Origin: Barthelona sp. PAP020
Taxonomy: Eukaryota
DNA: 64,000 bases
Reading direction: 5' to 3'
Assembly (NCBI GenBank): GCA_040182905.1
Contig: JARQWU010000024.1
Span: forward strand, 1 to 64,000
How positions within the stretch are numbered: the first letter of the stretch is position 1; each line of letters opens with the position of its first letter. Position numbers and translations under genes: made by a program. The notes under the pieces were generated by a model. That model was not told the origin of the DNA, searched no databases, and saw nothing but the letters and a program-made list of their open reading frames with translations. Positions 40,818 to 50,743 of this stretch are shown here, piece after piece.

Positions 40818-43409
40818 ATGTCCAGTGGTTCATTTGGCCGTTTAGCTGCTTCTCGTTCTAAGATTAGAGGACCTTCTCCTGGTTCTCTGAGTGCTTCACC
40901 TATCCTTGCCCAAGAATTGATGCAAAAGGAATCTTTTTCTCAAAAATCCGATATTCAAAAGTTATTTACCTATAACTTGAAGTATATTTTAAATCGTGAT
41001 GCTGATTCATTGGATAATTGGGCTGCTTTTATGGCAACTGCTTTTGCAGTTCGTACTAGGTTACTTGATGATTGGAATAGAACCCAAAAAGCCATTGAAA
41101 AGAAGAAAGCTAAAACTATCAATTATTTATCATTAGAATGGTTAATGGGGCGTGCACTTCAAAACAGTTTATTAAACACTGAACTTTTGCCTAAATTCAG
41201 AACCGCTCTCATGGACTTTTCATGTGATTTGGAAAGAATTGCTGATGAAGAACATGATGCTGCTTTAGGTAATGGTGGTCTTGGACGTCTTGCTGCCTGT
41301 TTCATTGATTCTATGGCCACACTTTCTTTGCCTGCTTGGGGTTATGGTCTTCGTTACACATATGGTATGTTCCGTCAAAAAATTGAAAATGGTTATCAAA
41401 TTGAAATCCCCGAATATTGGTTAACATATGGTAATCCTTGGGAAGTTAAGCGTCTTGATGTTAGTTACACAATTTCTTTTGGTGGTCATGTTACTCGCAC
41501 AATGAATGCTGATGGAAAGTGGAAATTCAGTTGGGAAGGAACTGATCAAGTCACAGCTGTTGCTTATGATACTCTTGTTCCTGGTTATAAGACTGGATGC
41601 TGTTTAAATATTCGTCTTTGGGCTGCTAGACCCGTAAAAGAGTTTGATTTACAATCTTTCTCTCAAGGAGACTACTATGCTCAAGTAGCTTTACGTCAAG
41701 ATTCTGAAAATCTTACTTCTGTTCTTTATCCCAACGATAACACATATGCCGGTAAGTGTTTGCGTTTGAAACAAGAATATTTCTTTGTTTCTGCTACTCT
41801 TCGTGATATTCTTGATCGGTTCAAAAAGGTTAACGCTCCTATTACTGATCTTCATAAGTTCCAAACCATTCAACTTAACGATACTCATCCTGCATTGGGT
41901 GTTCCTGAACTTATGCGTATTCTTCTTGATGAGATGAATTTAGAATGGTCTGTTGCTTGGGATATCACTAAGAAAACTTTCAATTACACAAATCATACAG
42001 TTCTTCCTGAAGCTCTTGAAAAATGGCCTGTTCCTATGTTTGAACAAATCTTACCTCGTCATTTAGAAATCATTTACGAAATTAACCATCAACACCTTCA
42101 ACAAGTTCGTGCATTGTATTCTGATAATCTTTCAAAACTCCGTTCATTATCTATTATTGATGAAAGTGGTCCTCGTTATGTACGTATGGGACATTTGAGT
42201 TGTGTTGGTTCTTCTCATATCAATGGTGTTGCTGCTATTCACACTGAAATTGTTAAATCTCGTGTTTTTGCTGATTTCTATCAAATGGATCCTGAAAAAT
42301 TCCAAAATAAAACTAACGGTGTTACTCCTAGAAGATGGGTTAAGCTTTCTAACCCCAGATTGAGTGCTGTTTTGACTCGTAAGTTAGGTTCTAACTCATG
42401 GATTAAAGATTTGTCTTTAATTAAAAAATTAGAAAAATTCGCTGATGATGCTGAAACTCAAAATATCTTCAGAATGGTCAAAAAGGATAACAAGGATCGT
42501 TTAGCTGCTTATATTAAAGCTAATCTTGACATTGATGTCAATCCTGAATCTCTCTTTGATATTCAAGTTAAGCGTATTCACGAATACAAGCGTCAACTCT
42601 TAAATTGTTTAGGTACTATTCATCAATATCTTTCTATTAAGGGTATGACTGCTGAACAAAAGAAAAATGTCGTTCCTCGTGTTACTATCATTGGTGGTAA
42701 AGCTGCATCAGGTTATGATATGGCCAAACGTATCATCAAATTGATTAATTCGATTGCTGAAGTCGTTAATGTTGACCCTGATGTTGGTGACCTTTTAAAG
42801 GTTGTGTACATTCCCAACTATTGTGTTTCAAATGCTGAGCTTATTATTCCTGCTTCTGATATTTCTGAACACATTTCTTTAGCTGGTACTGAGGCTTCTG
42901 GTACTGGTAACATGAAATTCGTCATGAACGGAGGTCTTCTTTGTGGTACTGATGATGGGGCTAATATTGAAATTTGTGAAGAGTGTGATTATTCAAATCA
43001 TTTTATCTTTGGTTTAAGAACTGATGAAATTGATGACGCTTTCCATAGACAAGCTATTGGAGAAATTCCCACTGATCCTAGACTTCAAAAAGTCTTTGAT
43101 GCTGTACTTTCAGGAATGTTTGGTCATGTTGACGTTTTTGCCCCTATTATTGCTGCTATTACTGGTGCTGAAGACAGATATCTTGTGAAAGCTGATTTCC
43201 CCGCCTATTTAGAAATTTGGGATCAAATTGATTCTTCTTATAGAAATCAAGCAGAATGGGCCAAAAAGTGTATTTTGTCTGTTGCCAGAATGAGCAAATT
43301 CTCTTCTGATCGTACCATTAGTGAGTATGCACAAGATATTTGGGCCATTGAACCTGTTGATGTTCCTACCGATGATATCAAGGATGTTGCTGTTTCTCCT
43401 TCTTCTTAA
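40818..43409 (+). CDS. Glycogen/starch phosphorylase
   Basis: DAALGNGGLGRLAACF, IQLNDTHP, YTNHTVLPEALE, KTNGVTPRRW, EASGTGNMKF (PLP lysine), FSSDRTI. Confidence 0.98.
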   Translation: MSSGSFGRLAASRSKIRGPSPGSLSASPILAQELMQKESFSQKSDIQKLFTYNLKYILNRDADSLDNWAAFMATAFAVRTRLLDDWNRTQKAIEKKKAKTINYLSLEWLMGRALQNSLLNTELLPKFRTALMDFSCDLERIADEEHDAALGNGGLGRLAACFIDSMATLSLPAWGYGLRYTYGMFRQKIENGYQIEIPEYWLTYGNPWEVKRLDVSYTISFGGHVTRTMNADGKWKFSWEGTDQVTAVAYDTLVPGYKTGCCLNIRLWAARPVKEFDLQSFSQGDYYAQVALRQDSENLTSVLYPNDNTYAGKCLRLKQEYFFVSATLRDILDRFKKVNAPITDLHKFQTIQLNDTHPALGVPELMRILLDEMNLEWSVAWDITKKTFNYTNHTVLPEALEKWPVPMFEQILPRHLEIIYEINHQHLQQVRALYSDNLSKLRSLSIIDESGPRYVRMGHLSCVGSSHINGVAAIHTEIVKSRVFADFYQMDPEKFQNKTNGVTPRRWVKLSNPRLSAVLTRKLGSNSWIKDLSLIKKLEKFADDAETQNIFRMVKKDNKDRLAAYIKANLDIDVNPESLFDIQVKRIHEYKRQLLNCLGTIHQYLSIKGMTAEQKKNVVPRVTIIGGKAASGYDMAKRIIKLINSIAEVVNVDPDVGDLLKVVYIPNYCVSNAELIIPASDISEHISLAGTEASGTGNMKFVMNGGLLCGTDDGANIEICEECDYSNHFIFGLRTDEIDDAFHRQAIGEIPTDPRLQKVFDAVLSGMFGHVDVFAPIIAAITGAEDRYLVKADFPAYLEIWDQIDSSYRNQAEWAKKCILSVARMSKFSSDRTISEYAQDIWAIEPVDVPTDDIKDVAVSPSS

Positions 43410-43504
43410 ATATTCCTTTTGCGTTGTTGAACTTTTTTACAGAAAATAAATAGTTATTTGCTTAAATTTTGGTTAAAATAAAAGAATTATTTTTTTATTT
43501 AATA

Positions 43505-46500
43505 TCAGTCACTTACTTTAGCGACCAATTTTTGTTCCAATCTGGCTAACCCTTCACTTGGTTCTTGAGCTTTGAATCCAATATGAATTTTAGTTGACCT
43601 TGAATCCTTTCCTTCATATTGAGAAGAATTTTGAATATCCACTCCCAAAGAATAACTTTCCTCTCCCTCTTTTGTTTTTTGATATCTACCACTAGATAGG
43701 GCCATTTGCAAATCCAATTCAACTTCATCAACAACCAAATTCTTGTTTGATACCATTGACATCAAAGGAACATTGATTTGACGATTCTCAAGACTAAAAT
43801 CATCAGTATCTGCATTTCTATTTGCTTGATCAACACTTAAAGATACTTGTTTTGGTCTGTAAGCAACAACATCGGTTAATTCCCACTTTTCTAATTGTTC
43901 TTCTGACATTCTATCCATCAAAGAAATCATTCTTTCCAAATTAGACAGCTGAGCTGACCGTTGACTATCCAATACTGATTGATAGATAGCTGTCAACATA
44001 CCATCAAAAGCAGAAATTGGTTGAATTTGTTCGATTGAATCAGATTCAACAACAACATCTTTTTTATTGGCATTTGTGAAAGAATCAAGCATATTATCCA
44101 CACTATTTTGGACATTATCAACATCAAATTCATTTTTCTTCTCTTTAACTTCTTCTTCCTTCTTTTCAAGAACATCTTTGTTAATTTTTTCAATAAAACT
44201 AATTGTTACACCATAAAGATTATTATTGAAAGAATTGGATATTGCCACAATCCATGAGAGAATATACATCAATAATACAATATAAAAATATGCTCTACTG
44301 ATAGTTTGGAAATTTTCTCCATATTGTTCTGAAGTTAAATAAATAGATGAAGGGTTTAAATAAGTATCTTGAGATTTGACCAAAAACAACGTCCCAACAA
44401 ATTCACTAATGAAGGTTATAGTCATGGTTATAACGTAAGCTGTTTTATCAGTTAAGACGATACCTAATATGAATGAAACAATGTACAACAAAGTGGCAAT
44501 ACCTCTAATTATTGTACCAAAAGACATATAGAGTCCTAAATCCATGTTCAAAAAGAAAGAAGTAAACACAAAAGGCAGTAAGCCCGTAAATCCTTTGATG
44601 AACAAAAAGAAGACAGAAGCAAAGGATTGAGATTGTTTTATAGAATGAATAGTGTTTACCAAATGAGGTTGGTCAAAATATGATATTCCAAACAAAATCT
44701 TATATGTCGAATTCATCAATTCATAATCCTGATCATGTTTCCTTGCTTTAAAATTATCAAAATTACTTTCATTTTCAAGATCTGGTGATAAACAATTATA
44801 TGAAGGAACAAAGAAAATCAAGGCAACGGCTTGAATGATCAAATATATTAACTGAAGAATATTATCAATCTTGTAATAACGGACATCGCTCAAACATTGA
44901 GCATCTCCCGAATCCAAAGAACTTAAAGATAACAGGAGGGTAATCATAACCAAGAAGAAAGTCAAAATAAAAGCAGATCTGAACAGTAATACTCTTTGTT
45001 CTTTATTCAATATCGCCTTTTCCCATTCTTTATCCAAAAATTTAACAGTAGTTCGTTGTTCCTCAAATATATATTTTTGTTTCTCAAAATCACGAATCAA
45101 TGTGGAGAGACATAAATCCCTCGAATATTTATCCAAAATATTACAATTCCAAGTGTCAACTAAATACTTTTCATATTCTTTCAAAGTTTCCAAATCATTA
45201 TCTTCGTATATGATTTTATGACTGGCTTTATCTTCAGCACTGTACAAAACTTGGTTTGTCCTTTCAATACTGACCCAATGTCTAACTTTATCCAACTTTT
45301 GTCCATATATATTACTAATTCTATAATCAGCAACAGTATGTCTAACGCTAGAATTCAATTCTTCCACAAAAAGCTTTTCTCCTAACATATGCAAATTAGT
45401 CTCGGGACATTTATACATGAAAATTAAATCATGCTCAGATAAATTGAATGAAGGGTCTTTTTTCTTTGCTTTGATCAAATCTTTTTGGAATTCCTTCGTT
45501 TTTAAAAGATCTTGTAAGGCCTTTTCATAATACTTTTTGAACTCTGGTGACATTTCTTCATATGATAGCAATTTATCAGCAAATTCTCTCATACTCTTCA
45601 AATCTTGTTGATATATATTGTCATCACTGTATGTTCTTTCATATCCTTGGAAGATTTCACCCAAAATAACCTTTAATATTTCATTTTTATTATAAATATT
45701 GATTTGTGAAACTATTCCTTCCTCATACTTTCCAATTAACTCATTTAATTCGTGAGTTTCATTGTGAATCGATTCAATCTGCCCATATTCATAAAATCTG
45801 AGTATCATGCGCAGATAACGCTCTAATTCATTAACTTCATTGAATCTATTTCCTAATTGACTTAAAAGGTCATCAAGTTCAAATATGTTTTCATTCGCTG
45901 AATCTAAATTTTCAGATTTCAAATGCAACAATCCTTGATGTTTTAAATACTTGCTGAACGTGTCATAAAACATATCCATGTATTCTATTCTATTTAATAA
46001 TGTGAAAGAATGGTCACTTTTCAATAATGAAAAGAATTCAAGATAATTTCTCAAACTTCTGAGCATCAAAGGACACTTGGCAAAATAAGTGTTAAATATT
46101 TTATTCTTATCATACAAACGGAAAAAGAAATCTCGCAAATTTTCTTTTTCTTCATCGTTCATTTCTTCAGTCATTCTCATCAATTCAATTCTAACACAAC
46201 CATTCTCATCCAATCCATCAGGAATCAAATATCTATCAGCCAAGTGCAACACGTTATCTATTGTAATAAGTGCATCCAACTTTCCTTGATAGTGAAACAA
46301 CAAATCAGTGAACATATGAGATAATACATTACCCAAGTAAGTATCTTCATCGTTATCAACAGAACCAATATTATCTATCAATCTGGAACGAATCAATTGC
46401 AGTTCAGCAAGAGAGAGTTCTTCCATATCTGCTAAACATGATTTGATTTCATCCAACACATCAATTTTGAAATGATTCACAGAATTTAAATCTCCTTTTT

Positions 46501-48607
46501 TCGTTTGAGACATTTTGGTGATAAATTCCTCAATAGTCAAATCTGTTCCATCATTTGTAACATACAAACTAACAATGTCCTTGACTAATTGAATGGGGGA
46601 ATCAATAGCCATCTTTTCTTTGATAAATTGCTGAATTTCAACATTATATCCTTCTGTATATAACAACAAATACATATCATCAACAAAATCACTGATGAAT
46701 TCTGTTCTTTTAACATTGTCCTTCATAAATCTGACATCTTCATAGAAAAATAAACATTCATGCAATAAATCAAAGATATGAATTTCAACTTCATCATTCA
46801 TAATGTCCAACATGTTGCTCTTAATGTTATTATACAAATCATCAACACATTTAAACTTCATGCGATCGTCTGTTCCGTCTGCACTAACATTAAAGAAAAA
46901 ATAGTGCAAAATGTGCTTAACCAAGAATTCAGTAAACAGTTGTTTTTGCTCATTCACTTGTTTTGACAAAGCAGAAGGAAAATGCAACAAATTCAAATTC
47001 TGATGATTCAAATCTTGGAATTTTTCTTGATAATACATGAATTTATGGAAAATTTTACTGAATATCTCATTCATACGCTGTTTTTCAAGGGAAATTTGTC
47101 GTTCTGCAAGAACACCTTCTCTATATATAGTTTCAACATATCTGTAACTGGATATATAAGGAATTGTACCTAAAAGTCCAAACAACGCTCCAGACACTTG
47201 TAAAAACAACCTGATCATGTTAAACATGGTAATGGGACATGATGAATTAACTCCAAAGAAGTCAAAAATTGCAACAAATAAAATTAAAAAATTAACAATT
47301 ATCAACAGATAAGATTGATAATGGCTATCCTTTATTTGACACCTGAATGGAACAACGTGATTTTCACTAAATGTTGAGTGCAATTCTAACAATAACTCTT
47401 GTAATTCTGAACTTGAAAAAACAGAAAAACCAAAAAGGTTGTTAACACTGATTGGTGGAATTTTATAAGGAGTATCTGCCTTACAATATACCAATTGAGC
47501 GATAAACTCTTCATCAGATCTAAATTTAGACTTAGTTTCAAACTTTTTGGCACCTGGATAATTATACAATCCAACAACAACAATAGCGTCAATAGAATTT
47601 TCTTCATCACCATTTATATCATTAGCAGTATAACCAATCAATCTTGACTTAATACCAGATCTCAAATAATTGATAAAACCAATCATGAAAACAAAAAGCA
47701 GGAAAAAAGTGAACACAGTGAAAAACCAGCTTGAGTTAAGGCTACTTAAAGAAAAATCTGTTGCTTTATCATAAATATCAAACCCATTTTTGGCACAAGT
47801 GAGAACCAAAAAGAAAAATGCAGTGAATAATGAATATTTAAATATTTTGACGTGTAAAATCAGATCGTAGTACGACTTTAATATCAGACAATCAGGAGGT
47901 GATAAAACAGAATTAGTTTGAAACTTGTTCTTCAAACATTGCCTGTAATTAGGCCTTCTATTGGCAACAGGTACAGGATTTAAATCATCTGTGCTTGTTT
48001 CTTCCTCACTTTGAGATATATTACTGTCATTGTCCCCTCTTTCTTGTTTAAAATAATCAGTATCTTTATTTTGGGCAACATCATCAAACTCTACAGGTAA
48101 AACATCCATAGGTTCCGATGGTAGAATACCAAAGAGTGAAACAGCCATACCTAAAAATAAACAGAATAAATATCCAAGAAAAAATATATGAGAATAACCT
48201 AAATCAGAAAAATTGACAAGATATTGTTCTATTTGTGTCATACATACAAATAAACTTAAGACAAAAACGATTAACATAAATCCAGGTGACTTTTTCAATC
48301 TTTCACGTTTATCACTAATATTAAAAACATCACTTTCATCATCTCCACATATATATCCAAAATTTAGATCTTTTCTCAACTTAAACGAATATTTTAACTT
48401 AAATCCATCCGAAATAGCCGCTTTAGTCATTTCGGATTCCTCAAATTTTTTCCTTTTTTTAAAATATGAACTAACATATTCATCAAAGTCCAATTCTTTT
48501 TTCATAGTCGCAACACTTTGGTTTTTGAGTGATGATTGGGCAGTTTGCATCATAATACTTTGTTGCCGAAACATACCTTGTCTCTGCTCCGATTCAGGAG
48601 AAGACAT
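43505..48607 (-). CDS. Polytopic membrane protein with C-terminal DUF2589-like domain
   Basis: Two clusters of hydrophobic helices flank a ~700-aa helical region. The last ~170 aa read FDGMLTAIYQSVLDSQ...VPLMSMV...L.VDEVELDLQM...KIHIGFKAQEPSEGLARL. Confidence 0.75.
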   Translation of the reverse strand: MSSPESEQRQGMFRQQSIMMQTAQSSLKNQSVATMKKELDFDEYVSSYFKKRKKFEESEMTKAAISDGFKLKYSFKLRKDLNFGYICGDDESDVFNISDKRERLKKSPGFMLIVFVLSLFVCMTQIEQYLVNFSDLGYSHIFFLGYLFCLFLGMAVSLFGILPSEPMDVLPVEFDDVAQNKDTDYFKQERGDNDSNISQSEEETSTDDLNPVPVANRRPNYRQCLKNKFQTNSVLSPPDCLILKSYYDLILHVKIFKYSLFTAFFFLVLTCAKNGFDIYDKATDFSLSSLNSSWFFTVFTFFLLFVFMIGFINYLRSGIKSRLIGYTANDINGDEENSIDAIVVVGLYNYPGAKKFETKSKFRSDEEFIAQLVYCKADTPYKIPPISVNNLFGFSVFSSSELQELLLELHSTFSENHVVPFRCQIKDSHYQSYLLIIVNFLILFVAIFDFFGVNSSCPITMFNMIRLFLQVSGALFGLLGTIPYISSYRYVETIYREGVLAERQISLEKQRMNEIFSKIFHKFMYYQEKFQDLNHQNLNLLHFPSALSKQVNEQKQLFTEFLVKHILHYFFFNVSADGTDDRMKFKCVDDLYNNIKSNMLDIMNDEVEIHIFDLLHECLFFYEDVRFMKDNVKRTEFISDFVDDMYLLLYTEGYNVEIQQFIKEKMAIDSPIQLVKDIVSLYVTNDGTDLTIEEFITKMSQTKKGDLNSVNHFKIDVLDEIKSCLADMEELSLAELQLIRSRLIDNIGSVDNDEDTYLGNVLSHMFTDLLFHYQGKLDALITIDNVLHLADRYLIPDGLDENGCVRIELMRMTEEMNDEEKENLRDFFFRLYDKNKIFNTYFAKCPLMLRSLRNYLEFFSLLKSDHSFTLLNRIEYMDMFYDTFSKYLKHQGLLHLKSENLDSANENIFELDDLLSQLGNRFNEVNELERYLRMILRFYEYGQIESIHNETHELNELIGKYEEGIVSQINIYNKNEILKVILGEIFQGYERTYSDDNIYQQDLKSMREFADKLLSYEEMSPEFKKYYEKALQDLLKTKEFQKDLIKAKKKDPSFNLSEHDLIFMYKCPETNLHMLGEKLFVEELNSSVRHTVADYRISNIYGQKLDKVRHWVSIERTNQVLYSAEDKASHKIIYEDNDLETLKEYEKYLVDTWNCNILDKYSRDLCLSTLIRDFEKQKYIFEEQRTTVKFLDKEWEKAILNKEQRVLLFRSAFILTFFLVMITLLLSLSSLDSGDAQCLSDVRYYKIDNILQLIYLIIQAVALIFFVPSYNCLSPDLENESNFDNFKARKHDQDYELMNSTYKILFGISYFDQPHLVNTIHSIKQSQSFASVFFLFIKGFTGLLPFVFTSFFLNMDLGLYMSFGTIIRGIATLLYIVSFILGIVLTDKTAYVITMTITFISEFVGTLFLVKSQDTYLNPSSIYLTSEQYGENFQTISRAYFYIVLLMYILSWIVAISNSFNNNLYGVTISFIEKINKDVLEKKEEEVKEKKNEFDVDNVQNSVDNMLDSFTNANKKDVVVESDSIEQIQPISAFDGMLTAIYQSVLDSQRSAQLSNLERMISLMDRMSEEQLEKWELTDVVAYRPKQVSLSVDQANRNADTDDFSLENRQINVPLMSMVSNKNLVVDEVELDLQMALSSGRYQKTKEGEESYSLGVDIQNSSQYEGKDSRSTKIHIGFKAQEPSEGLARLEQKLVAKVSD

Positions 48608-48657
48608 GACAAATATAAATGAGAAACAAAAATGGTTAATTTTTTAACTTTTTTTCA

Positions 48658-49494
48658 ATGTTTGTATTGGTTGTTGGACACACAAAATCAGATGAATTTC
48701 TTAAAACGTTACAATTGGCTGCATATTTACAGCCAATAGGGTTATTTGATTTTGAGTTTTTACTTTCTGAACCTGATAAGTATGAAAATTTGTTAAAATC
48801 ATTTACTACTAAGAGCGCTGAATGCTTTATTCAGATAGAAATGATCAATACATACACCTTTGCAGAGTTTTATTTGTATGTGGAAGAATTAATGAAACAA
48901 CCAATTGACGAATCAGTATCTGACATTTCAAATGTCGCAAAATTTGTTTCAAACATTTCTTTTTCAACTAAAAAACACGTTCTTTCTGATGAATTGTTCA
49001 ACACAAGTCATGCTTTTTTGAATGATGCAAATTCTGCTGTTAGAGAAATTCAAGATGTTACAACCCGTTTTCAAACACTTTTAAACAATCCATATGAATT
49101 GATTCATTCAGACAAATTATCTCGTGCCAATTTTCCTAATATATTGAAATTGAAAGAGGATTTTGATAAATTAACGATGAACACTTGTAGCGTATGTAGA
49201 ACATATTATGAAGATTCTCAAGTTTTAGGCTCTGATTCTCGTATCGATAAATTTTTGGAGATGTTTTTCAAAACACAAGATTATCACATCGATAATTTTG
49301 AAGGACATTCTTCAGTTTTACAAATTTTCCAAGTGATAAATATGTTTAAAGAATATTTATCCAATGTATGCAATGATTCAAAAGTTTTCAATGGAAGGTG
49401 TAAAAAAGTTAAAGATTTGATTGATTCTGGAAAGATAACCACTTTTCCTAAGCTTTGCTCATATTGGGATGTTCTTATTATTCTTGTAAACTGA
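48658..49494 (+). CDS. Hypothetical protein; N-terminus weakly like the MDH1B/PPIL6 N-terminal domain
   Basis: 278-aa ORF with an ATG after a T-tract; VLVVG....EF.K...LA.YL...P..YE..L pattern. Confidence 0.5.
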   Translation: MFVLVVGHTKSDEFLKTLQLAAYLQPIGLFDFEFLLSEPDKYENLLKSFTTKSAECFIQIEMINTYTFAEFYLYVEELMKQPIDESVSDISNVAKFVSNISFSTKKHVLSDELFNTSHAFLNDANSAVREIQDVTTRFQTLLNNPYELIHSDKLSRANFPNILKLKEDFDKLTMNTCSVCRTYYEDSQVLGSDSRIDKFLEMFFKTQDYHIDNFEGHSSVLQIFQVINMFKEYLSNVCNDSKVFNGRCKKVKDLIDSGKITTFPKLCSYWDVLIILVN

Positions 49495-49693
49495 TAAATA
49501 TTTTGTGTATTTATTTATTTATTTTTTCAATGAGTATTTTTGGATTGAATAGTAAAGCTTCTCATTAATAAAATAAGTGTAAGTAGTTTTAATTGCCTTG
49601 TTGGAAAAGAAAATGAAAGAAGATCTTAAGTTAGCAACATTTACGAAGTTGGTATTGAAGCATAGTACTATTCCTTATTTCTCTTTTTTATTA

Positions 49694-49927
49694 ATGGTTC
49701 TTTTTGGTTCATTGATAATAATATTAATAATAGCAATAGTAATTATTGTTCTATACAAAGCAAAAAAAAGGTCATCAAATGATCAAACACCAAAAATTCA
49801 TTTGGAAACTGTCAAATATCAAGGAAAAGAAGAAAAAGTAATATTTGGAAAAGAGCTAAAATCATTTGAAAAGACTTCTCCCAAACAACATAATATCATT
49901 AAAATAGATATATCTAACATTGTGTAA
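49694..49927 (+). CDS. Small single-TM protein
   Basis: MVLFGSLIIILIIAIVIIVLYKAKKR: hydrophobic anchor plus basic stop-transfer; ATG at 49694 after a T-rich tract. Confidence 0.5.
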   Translation: MVLFGSLIIILIIAIVIIVLYKAKKRSSNDQTPKIHLETVKYQGKEEKVIFGKELKSFEKTSPKQHNIIKIDISNIV

Positions 49928-49976
49928 AACAACGAAATTCAAGAACAAAATAAAAATAAACGAAAATATTAAACAT

Positions 49977-50645
49977 TTATATGGCAGCATCATCTAATCC
50001 ATGGAATAATTCAGCCACCAAATCTGGTTGAATTTTCTTCAAAGTTAACAATAATTTTTCTTGTAAAGTATTATTGAAACTAATCTTACGATCAGAACAA
50101 AAAACAATTACACCACCAAAAGCTTGACGATTCAAACGATTATTTTCAATGATACAACACTTAATCAATTCTATTCCAGTAATTTCCATATATTTTTCTT
50201 TCAAACGTTCAATGAATTCATCATTGATAATACTCACATCTTCTTCAGCAATTAATAATTCATATTTATCTTCTAATAAGGCAATCATTCCTTCCAAAAT
50301 AAAATTGAACAAAATTTCTTCTTTTTTATCATTATAAGCAACAATCATATCACTATGTGCCTTTTTTAACATTTCATCAAGAGCTTCTTGTTTTGATTTC
50401 AAATAAAGCAGATTAGAATTAATTTTTAGATTGGATTTCAAAATTCTTTCTTGATTTGACAAATCCTTTTTCTTTTTTTCATAATATTCATCAATTAATG
50501 TTTTTTCTTTTCCAATTTGCGTTTGTTTCAATTTTTCGGCTTCTTTTTTTGAAGTAAACTTGATTTCATTCGCTTGTTCACGAGCTTCAGCATCAATAAA
50601 TTGCACCATACGTTGTATGGCCTGCTCAGTTGCAGTGTTATTCAT
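49977..50645 (-). CDS. ATP6V1E: V-type ATPase subunit E
   Basis: IQRMVQFIDAEAREQANEI, YYEKKKK, GGVIV...KISFNNTLQEKL, LF near the C-terminus. Confidence 0.9.
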   Translation of the reverse strand: MNNTATEQAIQRMVQFIDAEAREQANEIKFTSKKEAEKLKQTQIGKEKTLIDEYYEKKKKDLSNQERILKSNLKINSNLLYLKSKQEALDEMLKKAHSDMIVAYNDKKEEILFNFILEGMIALLEDKYELLIAEEDVSIINDEFIERLKEKYMEITGIELIKCCIIENNRLNRQAFGGVIVFCSDRKISFNNTLQEKLLLTLKKIQPDLVAELFHGLDDAAI

Positions 50646-50743
50646 TGGTTATCGGAAAAAAAAAAGATAAAACATTTTTTTTTGTTGGCATCAATTAAAT
50701 TTTTTTTTTCTTTTTTGAATTATTAAGAATTACGTGTGATTAA

